A stretch of DNA of 64,000 nt from Candidatus Acidiferrum sp. (GCA_035566435.1 DATMRF010000011.1:26878-90877); one strand, 5' to 3'. Numbered from the stretch's first letter, positions 27,636 to 37,889 are shown. Numbers and translations are program-made. Notes: generated by a model not told the origin, from the letters alone.

Positions 27636-27790
27636 TTTCAGGTTAGCTCTGAAAAATACACGGAGCGCCAAAAAGGGCGAGCCAATTGACCCCTATCTGA
27701 GAACTGGTGCGAGGCGGGAGCGCGGAGGAATGGGACAGCGGGCAGCAGGCGGGAAGCGCTCCACGGGAGCGAGTTAGGCACCATGACGGG

Positions 27791-28840
27791 TTACTTTTTG
27801 CCGGCGGTTGCTGGTTCCTGTTTTCTGCGCGCGAGCTGGCTTCGCAAAAACGTATCGGGCGCCGCCTGCTGCCAGGCCGAATACCAGATGTCGCCCAACA
27901 ACTGGCCGGATTTGACGAGTTGCCCTTCAAGGAACGACCGGCCGCGCAAGCCCTCTTCGCCCTCGCCCGAAAGCCAGCCGTCCTTCTCCATCTGGTAGAG
28001 CGGTTCCACGAGTTTATTCTGGTCGAGGATGAATAACATCGCGGCCTGGAACATTTCTTCCGGTTTGGCGGGATGTCCATTGAGGGCGACGGGTTGCGCC
28101 GGGCGAAGTCTGCTCTCCAGGTACTGGCGGTTTGCCCCACCGATCTTGAGGAAGTAGCCGCCGTCGATCCAACTATGGATGCGACTGCTGGTCGAGTATT
28201 GGTGGGGATTGTCTCCCACCCAGCCATGGTGGTGAATGGTGGTGTGAAGCGGCTGCGAAGCGTCGCCGACATAGTGGCCCATGACGCCCATTACATAAAT
28301 GATGTTCTCCTGCGCGTCGGTGATTTCTTCGGGCGTGCCGCCGGCCGTTTCATACGCTTTGAGATAAGAGAACCCGGATTTGAGTTTAGAATAATTTTCG
28401 GCGATGGCCCACGGCAGCAGCCCCACGAGCTCTCGAGTATGGTCTTCGTTCCGGGCGGCTTCAGGCGCGGGAAACCTGTCGGGGTGGGCCTGGCGGGCAA
28501 GCGCGAGTTGGGCGACGAAGTCGTAACGGAAGACCGGCAGCATCTCGGGTTGCATGCCATAGTCGGCCAATTGTTCTAAATCGATGTAATGGTCCGGGCC
28601 GTTGCCATGCCGCAGCGGCAGGTCCTGCACGTTGCGCCAGCGATCCGGTTCGCCCGACAAAAAAGCGATGCGCTCGGCGGGCACCTGCGCCCGCACGAAG
28701 GCCGGAAAATTCGAAGGCATCGACGCCAGGGCAAGCTGGTTGACCAGCCGGTGGCCGTCATAGTCCCAGGCCAGCCCCGGCTGGCCGGCCATCTGAACCA
28801 TGACCAGAATTCCCAGGGCGCCAAGCGTGATCCTTTTCAT
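27791..28840 (-). CDS. Secreted S1/P1 nuclease-like zinc hydrolase
   Basis: Signal peptide then W-DYDGH at the predicted mature N-terminus. HYVGDASQPLH matches the S1/P1 H..GD..QPLH zinc motif. Confidence 0.55.
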   Translation of the reverse strand: MKRITLGALGILVMVQMAGQPGLAWDYDGHRLVNQLALASMPSNFPAFVRAQVPAERIAFLSGEPDRWRNVQDLPLRHGNGPDHYIDLEQLADYGMQPEMLPVFRYDFVAQLALARQAHPDRFPAPEAARNEDHTRELVGLLPWAIAENYSKLKSGFSYLKAYETAGGTPEEITDAQENIIYVMGVMGHYVGDASQPLHTTIHHHGWVGDNPHQYSTSSRIHSWIDGGYFLKIGGANRQYLESRLRPAQPVALNGHPAKPEEMFQAAMLFILDQNKLVEPLYQMEKDGWLSGEGEEGLRGRSFLEGQLVKSGQLLGDIWYSAWQQAAPDTFLRSQLARRKQEPATAGKK

Positions 28841-29017
28841 TTCGCAGTGTCAAATTGTGCGGCAAGTCTAGCCTCGTGATGCAAAAGTCAAAGCCAAATC
28901 CTGATACTCAAATCTTGACGAATTGGCTTGATTCCCGCGCAGGGTGGTTCTTAAGTAGGGCCAGTACGGAGATGGCCCAGAGGTTCCTCTCCAGGCACGT
29001 TCGGAAAGATCATCATT

Positions 29018-32000
29018 ATGTTTACGCTTCAAAGGTGTTCAACGGGCTCGCTCCGGGCGATTTCTAAACGATTAGCGAACATCGGCGCGGTTGCCGCGTT
29101 CGTCGCGGGCTGTTTTGGCTTGGCCGGTCCAGCCGCGGCGGCCGACGAGGGTTTGGTCTCCGCTGAGCGCGCGGTGACCGTTCAGGGCAAGCCGCACGCG
29201 ATCGGAACGAAGTCCTTCGCCAACCAGCTTGTGGCCGATGCGGGGGCCAATGCTGTTACGAGTCCCGTTTCCGAGTCAATCTCGAGCTGGCCAAAGAACG
29301 CAGCTCCATTCTGGCGCGCAGTGGAGCCCGCGGATTTCGTGAACGGCAACCTGGCCGGCGCCAACCAAATGAAGGGCAGCCAGGTGGGCGTCGCGGTATT
29401 TCTTTGTGATGTTGTCGTCAGCAACACCGACACGGCGCTCAGGATCACCGACAGGTTCGGCGACGAAGAGCCGAGCATCGCAGTGAACCCTTCTAATCCC
29501 AATGAAATCATCATTCTTTCGTTCTCGGGGTTTTGGGGCAACAGTGCGCCCTGGTGGCACTCAACCAACGGAGGACTCACATGGACGAAGCGATTCACCA
29601 TTCCCGTGCCCACGGGGCAGATGGTCGCCGGTCCTGAAGACCAGGCGCCGGATTACGGGCGGAGTAACCAGGTCGCCGCCGTCTTCCTAACTTCCGACAC
29701 TAATGGCAATAGCGCAGCCTTCGCGGGAACAAGCAGTGATCCCACGGCGAGCACGGCCTTCAATTGGCCACTCGTAAACGGCATCGCGGTGTCCGCAAAC
29801 TCCGCCAGCTTTACGAATGTTGACCAGCCGTGGCTGCTGGTGAATCGGGACCCGGTGAATCCGGGTCAGGATGATATCTATGTTGCATACGATGATTTTA
29901 GCGGCTTCCGGGGGGCCATTATGCGGGTGGCGGTGTCTTATGGACTCAACCCGCCTTCCTTTAACAAAGACGTGCTGGTGGGCTTCTCGGCCGGGGGGGT
30001 AAATCCAGGCCACCGGCTGGCGAAAGATCCACGCTCCGGTTTTATTTATAGTCTTTTTCAGCAGAACAACGCCCCCGGTACCGGCGGTTCGAAGAATATT
30101 GACTATATGCTCAACCGCTCTATTGACGGTGGCCTGACGTGGGGCCTTAATGGCAAATCGACCGGAATTATGGTTGCCAATGGTGACAGCACCCAACCGA
30201 CGCCGAAGTTTGGAACGGTCAATGCCCTGCTCGGAGGCGTGGACCATGCGGCAGTCGATCCGAGCAACGGCGATGTGTATTATGTGTACGGAAGCCGCGA
30301 TCCCTCCACTGGGAATAATCGGCTTGCCTGCCGCCGTCTTACAGATAACGGTTCGGGCGGATTAACCATTGGTCCGGAAGTGTTTGTCACCGGGCAGGTG
30401 CAAGCCGCGCTCCCCTCAGTCGCAGTTACCACGAGCGGTGTGATAGGGGTGCTCTACGACACCTATGACGGGTTTACGGGCGGTTATCCGACTTTCACGG
30501 CCCATTTGGCCTGGAGCACGGACTCCGGCGCGACGTTCAACGACACTCCGCTTTACACTTTTCTGTCGGCCCAGACCGATAACGGCGATACGCGTCAGCG
30601 TGTGCTAGGCGATTATCAGCAGATGAAAGCAGTGGGCCCGACCCTTTATGGCGTTTTCACGGCGAATGGCGCGCAATTGGGCCGGCCGGTTGCGAACCAT
30701 GACCCGATATTCTTCATGGCCTCGATCGGCGGCCCGGCGATTTCGGTGCAACCAGTGGGGCAGACGATCCTGCAGGGGTTAAGCGCCAACTTCACCGTCG
30801 GGGCCGGGGGATTTACGCCCTTATTTTATCAATGGCAGTTCAATGGCACCCCTATTTCCGGCGCAACCAACTCGAGCTTAACGCTCAACAACGTCGCCCC
30901 CTCCCAGGCCGGCGCCTACTCCGTCGTCGTTAGCAACGCTCTGGGCAGCGTAACGAGTTCCGATGCGGTGCTCGTAGTGGTGCCGACCGTGCCGCTGCCT
31001 TTTGCGCTCAACAACGCAAGTCTTGCGTGGTCCACGGATCTCGGGACTCCATGGTACGGGCAGACCAATGTCTCGCATGACGGGGTGGCTTCCGCCCGCA
31101 GCTATAGCATCGGCGACGGACAACAGACTACATTGCAAACCGTGACGACCGGCCCGGGGGTGCTCACGTTTTGGTGGAAGGTATCTTCGCAAACCAACGC
31201 CGACATCCTAACTTTCAGCGACCTTTCTGCGAGCCTGACCAATATCCTGCAAATCTCGGGCGAGGTCGATTGGAACCAGCAAACCGTTTATCTGCCTGCG
31301 GGCGCGCAAACGCTGCAATGGACCTACGCCAAAGACGCCTCGCTCAGTTCGGGGAGCGACATTGGATGGGTTGACCAGGTCAACTACCTGCCGGGGATCA
31401 TCCAACCTCAAATCGTGACGCAGCCGGTGGGGAAGGGCACACTGGCCGCCCAGCCCGTGACGTTCTCCGTAACGGCCCTCGGCACGCCAGTTTTGGCCTA
31501 TCAATGGCGGCTCAACGGGGTGGACCTGCCCGGGGCAACTTCCCCGTCTTTGACCCTTTCCAACCCGAGCGCGATTGACAGCGGGGCCTACTCAGTTCGG
31601 GTGAGCAACTCCTACGGCTCGGTAACCAGCACTGACGCGATCCTCCGCGTGGTGCCGTTGGTGGTCAGCGGCGATAATTCGCTGGGCCAAATCGACGTCT
31701 CGCTGCTGGCGACGAATGCGGTGGCGATCTCGGCCGGGGCGTGGCACAGCGTCGCGTTGCGCGATAACGGCTCCGTCCTAGCCTGGGGTGAGAATTACGA
31801 CGGCCAGTGCGATGTGCCGCCCGCGCTGGCGAACGCCATCGGCGTTGCTGCCGGCGGTTATCACACCCTTGCGCTCAAGGGTGATGGGACGGTGACCGGG
31901 TGGGGCGCCAATTACAGCGGGCAGGCTACGCCGCCGGCCGGACTTTCGAACGTTGTCGCCCTCGCCGCCGGCACCTGGCATAGTCTGGCGCTATTGGCCA

Positions 32001-32713
32001 ACGGCACGGTCGTCGCCTGGGGCGACAACAGCGCGGGCCAGTCCAGCATTCCGGCCGGGTTGGCCAGCGTCATCGCGATTGCTGCGGGCGGCAACCACAG
32101 CCTGGCGCTGCGTTCTGACGGCACCGTCGTGGCCTGGGGGGAAAATACCGACGCCAGCGGCAGCTTTGCCGGACAGTCCACGGTGCCTTTCGGCCTGGCG
32201 AACGTAGTTGCGATTGGCGCGGGAGATTATCACAGCGCCGCGGTAAAGAGCGATGGCACGGTCGTGGCCTGGGGTGACAACTCGCAAGGCCAGACTCAGC
32301 CACCGGCGGGCCTGACTAACGCCGTCGCCATCGCCGGCGGCGGCGGACACACCGTCGCCCTCAAGTCCGACAGCGTCGCGGTTGCCTGGGGCAATGATTG
32401 GAATGGCCAGTGCGATTTACCGCCCGGGCTCACCAACGTCATCGCCATCGCCGCCGGCAATTCGCACACCCTGCTGCTCGAAGGCAACCGCTACGTGGCA
32501 CCACGCCTCCTCGGGGCCCAACGGCTTGGGAAACAATTCAGCCTGGTGCTTCAAACGTTTGTCGGGAAAAATTACACGCTCGAGTACAAGACCTCCTTGT
32601 CCGCCACCACCTGGACCCCGCTCTCCACGGTCCCGGGAACCGGCGCGCTCCAAATGCTCGTCGATTCCAACGCCTCTAGCCCGCAGCGGTTCTATCGGGT
32701 GAGACAGTGGTAG
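29018..32713 (+). CDS. Large secreted mosaic protein: BNR/sialidase-like propeller + Ig-like + jelly-roll-like + Ig-like + 7-blade RCC1 + FYR-ending C-terminal module
   Basis: Signal peptide and three Asp-box motifs (STNGGLTW, SIDGGLTW, STDSGATF). Two Ig-like domains (YQWQFNG..GAYSVVVSN; YQWRLNG..GAYSVRVSN). Seven AGxxHSLAL..DGTVVAWG repeats. Tail is YTLEYKTSLSATTWTPL...RFYRVRQW. Confidence 0.8.
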   Translation: MFTLQRCSTGSLRAISKRLANIGAVAAFVAGCFGLAGPAAAADEGLVSAERAVTVQGKPHAIGTKSFANQLVADAGANAVTSPVSESISSWPKNAAPFWRAVEPADFVNGNLAGANQMKGSQVGVAVFLCDVVVSNTDTALRITDRFGDEEPSIAVNPSNPNEIIILSFSGFWGNSAPWWHSTNGGLTWTKRFTIPVPTGQMVAGPEDQAPDYGRSNQVAAVFLTSDTNGNSAAFAGTSSDPTASTAFNWPLVNGIAVSANSASFTNVDQPWLLVNRDPVNPGQDDIYVAYDDFSGFRGAIMRVAVSYGLNPPSFNKDVLVGFSAGGVNPGHRLAKDPRSGFIYSLFQQNNAPGTGGSKNIDYMLNRSIDGGLTWGLNGKSTGIMVANGDSTQPTPKFGTVNALLGGVDHAAVDPSNGDVYYVYGSRDPSTGNNRLACRRLTDNGSGGLTIGPEVFVTGQVQAALPSVAVTTSGVIGVLYDTYDGFTGGYPTFTAHLAWSTDSGATFNDTPLYTFLSAQTDNGDTRQRVLGDYQQMKAVGPTLYGVFTANGAQLGRPVANHDPIFFMASIGGPAISVQPVGQTILQGLSANFTVGAGGFTPLFYQWQFNGTPISGATNSSLTLNNVAPSQAGAYSVVVSNALGSVTSSDAVLVVVPTVPLPFALNNASLAWSTDLGTPWYGQTNVSHDGVASARSYSIGDGQQTTLQTVTTGPGVLTFWWKVSSQTNADILTFSDLSASLTNILQISGEVDWNQQTVYLPAGAQTLQWTYAKDASLSSGSDIGWVDQVNYLPGIIQPQIVTQPVGKGTLAAQPVTFSVTALGTPVLAYQWRLNGVDLPGATSPSLTLSNPSAIDSGAYSVRVSNSYGSVTSTDAILRVVPLVVSGDNSLGQIDVSLLATNAVAISAGAWHSVALRDNGSVLAWGENYDGQCDVPPALANAIGVAAGGYHTLALKGDGTVTGWGANYSGQATPPAGLSNVVALAAGTWHSLALLANGTVVAWGDNSAGQSSIPAGLASVIAIAAGGNHSLALRSDGTVVAWGENTDASGSFAGQSTVPFGLANVVAIGAGDYHSAAVKSDGTVVAWGDNSQGQTQPPAGLTNAVAIAGGGGHTVALKSDSVAVAWGNDWNGQCDLPPGLTNVIAIAAGNSHTLLLEGNRYVAPRLLGAQRLGKQFSLVLQTFVGKNYTLEYKTSLSATTWTPLSTVPGTGALQMLVDSNASSPQRFYRVRQW

Positions 32714-32786
32714 CGCAACAAGTCGGCTGAGTGGCATGAATGGATGGTTGGGCAGCGTTCAGACCGCGTGCGACCATTGACAGCCA

Positions 32787-33650
32787 ATGACTGTCATCAC
32801 CGACGAGCGTTGCACAGGTTTCTCACATCCGGGCCATCCCGAGCGGCCGGAGCGCATCAGCCTGTCGCTTCGGAAACTGAGGAGCCAAACCGAACTGCCA
32901 CTGGTGTGGGAACCCCCGGCGCCGGTAGAGGACGCCACGATCCTGCGCGCCCACTTGCCGGAGCACCTCGCCCGCTTGGATGAGCCCAGGGACTTCGACG
33001 CCGACACCCCATGCTTTCCGCAGATTGGCCAATACGCGCGCGCCTCGGCCGGCGCCGGGCTAGCGGCTTTGAACGCGGCGCGCGCCGGTCAGTCCGTGTT
33101 CAGCCTGATGCGCCCGCCCGGTCATCATGCGACTCGCGCTCGCGCGATGGGTTTTTGTTACCTGAGCAACATAGCGATCGTCGCCCTTGAGGCACTGGCC
33201 ACGGGCACCAAACGCATCGCTGTTTATGATTTCGACGTCCACCACGGCAACGGGACCGAGGCCATCCTGCTGAACCAGCCTGGCGCCGCGTTCTTCTCGA
33301 TCCATCAATTCCCTTGCTACCCCGGCACGGGCACGCGGAACCTGGGCAATAACTGTTTCAATTACCCCGTACCGCCGCAGACCCCGCGCACTGAATACCG
33401 CCACGTTCTCTCGAGTGCCCTGGAGAATCTTCAAAGCTTCAAACCCGACATGGTAGCTGTTTCCGCAGGGTTCGATTGCTATGCGCATGACCCGCTGGCG
33501 CAGGAAACGCTGGAGGTGGAGGATTTCTATTGGCTCGGCCAAGCTCTTCGTGGCCTGGGCCTGCCCGTATTCAGTTTGCTGGAAGGCGGCTATAGCAATG
33601 AGTTGCCGGAACTGATTTTCGCGTATTTGAAAGGGATCGAGGGCAAATAA
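32787..33650 (+). CDS. Histone deacetylase / acetoin utilisation family deacetylase
   Basis: Motifs RPPGHHA and YDFDVHHGNGTE, then SAGFDCYAHDPL. Confidence 0.8.
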   Translation: MTVITDERCTGFSHPGHPERPERISLSLRKLRSQTELPLVWEPPAPVEDATILRAHLPEHLARLDEPRDFDADTPCFPQIGQYARASAGAGLAALNAARAGQSVFSLMRPPGHHATRARAMGFCYLSNIAIVALEALATGTKRIAVYDFDVHHGNGTEAILLNQPGAAFFSIHQFPCYPGTGTRNLGNNCFNYPVPPQTPRTEYRHVLSSALENLQSFKPDMVAVSAGFDCYAHDPLAQETLEVEDFYWLGQALRGLGLPVFSLLEGGYSNELPELIFAYLKGIEGK

Positions 33651-33657
33651 GTCGGGA

Positions 33658-34776
33658 CTAAATGTTCTCCCCGACGACTGGCGGCGGCTGATAGGTCAAC
33701 TCGGACTCGGGCGGCAGGGCGGCCTGCTCGCGCGCCAACACGCGGTATTGGCGAATCTGGAAGGAAACCTCGCGGCCATCTTCGAGCGCTTGATGCGCAT
33801 AATCCTCCTTGCTCATTCGGGCGCGGATGACGAGTCCGCTGGGCAACTCCAGTTCGACCCGCAGCATCACGCCCAGGAAGAAGGTGTGCCGGAGCACGGC
33901 GTGATAGCGGTATTGAGTGAGGTCCGAGGAAATCTGGACGGCATAAGGGCGGAAGCCGATGCGGATTTTTTGACCTGCGGCCAGCCCGTGCGCGGGGAAT
34001 TCGAGTTCGCCGATGCGGGCTGCGCCGTCGCGCACCTCCGGTTCGAGGACGTTCATGACGCCGATGAAGCGGGCGACAAATTCGTTGGCGGGTTGCTCGT
34101 ACACTTCGCGCGGGGCGCCAACCTGTTCGAGCAGGCCGCGCGAGAAGATAACGATGCGGTTGGCGACCTCCATGGCCTCCTCCTGGTCGTGCGTGACGAA
34201 GATCGTCGTCACGTTGAGATCGTGGTGCAAGGTCACGAGCCATTCGCGCAGCTCCTGCCGGATCTTGGCATCGACGGCGCCGAACGGCTCGTCCAGCAGC
34301 AGCACGCTGGGCTTGGGCGCCAGCGCCCGAGCGATGGCGACGCGCTGCCGCTGGCCGCCCGAAAGCTGGTGAGGGTAACGCTTCTCCAGGTTCTCGAGGC
34401 CGAACAGCTTGAGCAGTTCGTCGATGCGCGCTTTGATGTCGGTTCGCTTCCATTTTTTGATCTTGAGGCCGAAGGCGATGTTCCGGAACACGTTCATGTT
34501 CTTGAACAGCGCGTAATTCTGGAACACAAAGCCGATGTTCCGCTGCTGCACCGACACGTCGTTGACGCGTTTGCCCCGGATGAAGACGTCGCCGGACGTT
34601 GGGATTTCGAGCCCGGCGATCATGCGCAGGACGGTGGTTTTGCCGCCACCGCTCGGACCCAACAAAGCCATGAGCTCGCCCTCCTTCACCGAGAAGGAGA
34701 CGTTCTTGACGGCGGTGACGTCGCCGAACTGCTTGGTGACTTTTTGGAGTTCGATACTCAAGTGGTGAACTATCAA
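33658..34776 (-). CDS. cysA: Sulfate/thiosulfate ABC transporter ATP-binding protein
   Basis: GPSGGGKTT, LSGGQRQRVAIARAL, LLLDEPFGAVD and a C-terminal TOBE-like domain. Both candidate starts are TTG (34776 or 34761). Confidence 0.85.
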   Translation of the reverse strand: MIVHHLSIELQKVTKQFGDVTAVKNVSFSVKEGELMALLGPSGGGKTTVLRMIAGLEIPTSGDVFIRGKRVNDVSVQQRNIGFVFQNYALFKNMNVFRNIAFGLKIKKWKRTDIKARIDELLKLFGLENLEKRYPHQLSGGQRQRVAIARALAPKPSVLLLDEPFGAVDAKIRQELREWLVTLHHDLNVTTIFVTHDQEEAMEVANRIVIFSRGLLEQVGAPREVYEQPANEFVARFIGVMNVLEPEVRDGAARIGELEFPAHGLAAGQKIRIGFRPYAVQISSDLTQYRYHAVLRHTFFLGVMLRVELELPSGLVIRARMSKEDYAHQALEDGREVSFQIRQYRVLAREQAALPPESELTYQPPPVVGENI

Positions 34777-35687
34777 CTATCAACTTTCCCACTATCAACT
34801 CCCTGGCCCCTCTGCGCTCTGACGTATTCGCGCGCCTGCTTCCATTCGAGGAAGGTCTTGAGGGCGAGGGTCAGCAGCGCCAGGAGGGCCAGCAAACTGG
34901 CAACCGCGAAGGCGGCCGGGGCGTTGTATTCGTTGTAAAGCTTTTCCACGCGGAGAGGCATCGTGTCGGTCAGGCCGGTGATGTGGCCGGAGACGACCGA
35001 GACGGCGCCAAATTCGCCCATCGCGCGCGCGTTGCAGAGGATGATCCCGTAAACGAGGCCCCATTTGACGGACGGGAGGGTGACGTGCCAGAAGGTTTGC
35101 CAGCCGTTGGCGCCAAGGGTGAGCGCTGCCTGTTCCTGCTCGGAGCCGGTGGCCTGCATGACAGGGATCAATTCGCGGGCAACGAACGGGAAGGTTATAA
35201 AGACGGTCGCCAGAATGATGCCCGGCACTGCGAAAATGATTTTGATATTGTGCCCGTCGAGCCACTGGCCGAAGAAGCCCTGCAGGCCGAAGAGCACGAC
35301 AAACATCAAGCCCGCCACGACGGGCGAGACTGAGAATGGCAGGTCGATGAGGGTGATGAGGAGGGACTTTCCGCGGAACTCAAATTTGGCGATGGCCCAG
35401 GCGGCGGCGAGGCCGAACACGACGTTCATCGGCACGCTGATGGCGGCGACCAGCACGGTGAGGCGGATGGCGGCCCAGGAGTCGGGGTGGGTCAGGGACG
35501 CGACGTAGTAGGACCAGCCCCTGGCGAGGGCCTGGGCGAAGACGTTTGCGAGCGGCAAGAGCAGGAAGAGGAACGCGAAAGCCAGCGCCAGCAGGATGAG
35601 CAGCCACTTGATTACGGGGGACTCCTCGGTGCCGCGCCTGGAAGCGCTACGGGCGGCCAGCAATCGTCGTTTGGTCGTTCCGGGCAT
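34773..35687 (-). CDS. cysW: Sulfate ABC transporter permease
   Basis: Six TM helices and permease loop ARAMGEFGAVSVVSG. ATG at 35687 lies 2 nt after the cysT stop; ATG at 35714 is an alternative. Confidence 0.8.
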   Translation of the reverse strand: MPGTTKRRLLAARSASRRGTEESPVIKWLLILLALAFAFLFLLLPLANVFAQALARGWSYYVASLTHPDSWAAIRLTVLVAAISVPMNVVFGLAAAWAIAKFEFRGKSLLITLIDLPFSVSPVVAGLMFVVLFGLQGFFGQWLDGHNIKIIFAVPGIILATVFITFPFVARELIPVMQATGSEQEQAALTLGANGWQTFWHVTLPSVKWGLVYGIILCNARAMGEFGAVSVVSGHITGLTDTMPLRVEKLYNEYNAPAAFAVASLLALLALLTLALKTFLEWKQAREYVRAQRGQGVDSGKVDS

Positions 35688-35689
35688 GG

Positions 35690-36514
35690 TCAACGCTGGA
35701 ATTTGCCGGCCCATTGTTCGAGAACATTGATGGCGGCGAGCAGGACGAAGGAAAAGACCAGCAGCACGACCGCGAGAGCGATGGCGCCGGTGTAATCGTA
35801 TTCTTCGAGGCGCATCACGATGAGGTAGGGGGCGATTTCAGTTTTGAACGGGAGATTGCCGGAAATGAAAACGATGGAGCCGTATTCGCCAATGGCGCGA
35901 GCGAACGCGAGAGCGAACCCGGTCAGGGCCGCTGGGAACAACGAAGGCGCGATGACAGTAACGAAGGTGCGGAAGCGTCCCGCGCCCAGCGTGGCGGCGG
36001 CTTCTTCGACCTCGCGTTCGAGGTTTTGGAGGACGGGTTGGAGGGTGCGCACGGCAAAAGGCAGGCCGACGAACGTGAGGGCAATGATGACGCCCAGCGG
36101 GGTAAAGGCGCCTTTGATTCCCAGGGGAACGAGGTATTGCCCGAGCCAGCCTTTGGGAGCGAAGAGGCTGGCGAGGGTCAGGCCGGCGACGGCAGTGGGG
36201 AGCGCGAACGGGAAATCGACCATCGCGTCAATCACGCGGCGCCCGGGGAATTCGTATCGGACGAGGACCCAGGCGAGCAGGGCGCCGAAGACGGCGTTGG
36301 CGAGAGCGGCGATGAGAGAGGCGCCGAAGGTGAGGCGATAGGCGGCCAGCGCGCGCTCAGTTGTCGCCAGGTGCCAGAAGTCGGCCCATGAAATTTCGCA
36401 GGCGCGGATAACCAGGCCTGCGAACGGGATGAGCACGAGGGCGCTTAAGTAGCACAGGGTGAAACCCATTGTGAGGCCGAACCCGGGCAGGGCGTTAAAC
36501 TTTTTTGGTGCCAT
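35690..36514 (-). CDS. cysT: Sulfate ABC transporter permease
   Basis: Permease loop ARAIGEYGSIVFISGN with the CysT/CysU pattern and length. Confidence 0.8.
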   Translation of the reverse strand: MAPKKFNALPGFGLTMGFTLCYLSALVLIPFAGLVIRACEISWADFWHLATTERALAAYRLTFGASLIAALANAVFGALLAWVLVRYEFPGRRVIDAMVDFPFALPTAVAGLTLASLFAPKGWLGQYLVPLGIKGAFTPLGVIIALTFVGLPFAVRTLQPVLQNLEREVEEAAATLGAGRFRTFVTVIAPSLFPAALTGFALAFARAIGEYGSIVFISGNLPFKTEIAPYLIVMRLEEYDYTGAIALAVVLLVFSFVLLAAINVLEQWAGKFQR

Positions 36515-36540
36515 TCAGAGGGCGAGAGGGGCGTGGGGCC

Positions 36541-36580
36541 AGGTTGTCAGGTTTTCAAGTTTTCAGGTCATCAGGTAGCC
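36541..36580. repeat. Octamer array CAGGTTTT family upstream of cysT
   Basis: AGGTTGT CAGGTTTT CAAGTTTT CAGGTCAT CAGGTAGC. Contains the reverse complement of the 15-mer CCTGAAAACTTGAAA that is also found at 40502-40516. Confidence 0.65.
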
Positions 36581-36722
36581 GGTGGCATAGTTGAGCAAAC
36601 ATTGCGAAAGTCGGTGCGAGCGCAAAAGGTTTCAATGTTCAATGTCTCCAATCGCAGGCGCGGCACCGTTTTCCGAGCGCAAGCGTTGGCGGCTGTGCCT
36701 GATCTTTGCCAGTAGATGCAGG

Positions 36723-36862
36723 GGAGGGCAAGAAAAGTTGATAGTGCTTAGTTGATAGTTGATAGCAGTCGAGGGTGGAGAGTTGAGGGTCGTTCGTTGA
36801 AGCTTTGGAGGGCAAGAAAAGTTGATGGTGAGGAAGTTGATGGTTGGATAGTTGATAGTTAA
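36723..36862. repeat. 84-nt-period direct repeat plus GTTGATAG word arrays in the sbp-cysT spacer
   Basis: GGAGGGCAAGAAAAGTTGATAGTG (36723-36746) versus GGAGGGCAAGAAAAGTTGATGGTG (36807-36830), 23 of 24. Each is followed by GTTGATAG/GTTGATGG words. The same word recurs reverse-complemented at 34771-34798. Confidence 0.75.
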
Positions 36863-36866
36863 ATGG

Positions 36867-37889
36867 TCAGCGGTTCGCCTGTTGAAGCTGGTCGAAAATG
36901 CCGCCCTCGCTGAAATGAGTTTTCTGGGCTTTTTGCCAGCCGCCAAAGAGTTCGTCGATGGTGAAGAGGTTGATTTTTGGAAAGGTGGCGGCGTGTTTGA
37001 GGGCGACGGAATCGAGGCGTGGGCGGTAAAAATGTTTGGCGGCGAGCTCCTGGCCTTCGGGGGTATAGAGGAAGCGGAGGTAGGCTTCGGCGACCTCGCT
37101 AGTGCCGCGGCGGTTGACGACTTTGTCCACCCAGGCGACAGGCGGCTCGGCGAGGATGCTCGACGAGGGGGCGATCAGTTCGAAATCGCCTTTGGCGAAT
37201 TCCTGAAGGGAGAGGAGGGCCTCGTTTTCCCACGCGATGAGGACATCGCCGATGCCGCGTTGGACGAACGTGGTGGTGGCGCCGCGGGCGCCGGAGTCGA
37301 GAATGGGCACGTTTTTGAAAAGGCTGGCGACGAACGCAAGGGCTTTGGCTTCGCTGCGGTCGAATTTTTTGAGCCCATAGCCCCAGGCGGCGAGGTAGTT
37401 CCAGCGGGCGCCACCAGAGGTCTTGGGGTTGGGGGTGATGACAGAGACGCCGGGCTTGACGAGGTCATCCCAGTCCTTGATTCCCTTGGGATTACCTTTG
37501 CGGACGAGGAAAACGATGGTGGAGGTATAGGGCGAGCTGTTATCGGGGAGGCGCTTTTGCCAGTCGGGAGGCAGGAGATGGGACTTTTCGGCGATGGCAT
37601 CGATATCATAAGCGAGGGCGAGGGTGACGACGTCCGCGCCGAGGCCATCGATGACGGACCGGGCCTGTTTGCCGGAGCCGCCATGGGATTGCTGGATGTT
37701 GAGCTGGTCGCCGGTTTTGGCCTGCCAGAATTTGGCGAATGCGGCGTTGACGTCTTGGTAGAGCTCGCGGGTGGGGTCGTAGGAGACGTTGAGGAGGGTA
37801 ATTTCTTTGGCGTTGGTCCAAACGGACGACAAGGCCAGCACGGTTAAAGCGGTTAGAAAGCTTTTCATAACATTATTCCATCGGTTCAT
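36867..37889 (-). CDS. sbp: Periplasmic sulfate-binding protein
   Basis: [13 protein letters not shown] and [16 protein letters not shown] closely follow the E. coli Sbp/CysP pattern. Alternative ATG at 37868. Confidence 0.85.
   Translation of the reverse strand: MNRWNNVMKSFLTALTVLALSSVWTNAKEITLLNVSYDPTRELYQDVNAAFAKFWQAKTGDQLNIQQSHGGSGKQARSVIDGLGADVVTLALAYDIDAIAEKSHLLPPDWQKRLPDNSSPYTSTIVFLVRKGNPKGIKDWDDLVKPGVSVITPNPKTSGGARWNYLAAWGYGLKKFDRSEAKALAFVASLFKNVPILDSGARGATTTFVQRGIGDVLIAWENEALLSLQEFAKGDFELIAPSSSILAEPPVAWVDKVVNRRGTSEVAEAYLRFLYTPEGQELAAKHFYRPRLDSVALKHAATFPKINLFTIDELFGGWQKAQKTHFSEGGIFDQLQQANR

Noticed and set aside
33590-34798. 402-aa R-rich ORF overlapping cysA in another frame.
   Set aside because: It is an alternative-frame artefact. 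The cysA frame carries all the ABC ATPase motifs.
36632-36946. 104-aa minus-strand ORF with the repetitive peptide (TINYPTINFLTINFSCPP...).
   Set aside because: It is a translation of the GTTGATAG word arrays and overlaps the sbp 3' end. It has no start context and is treated as non-coding spacer.
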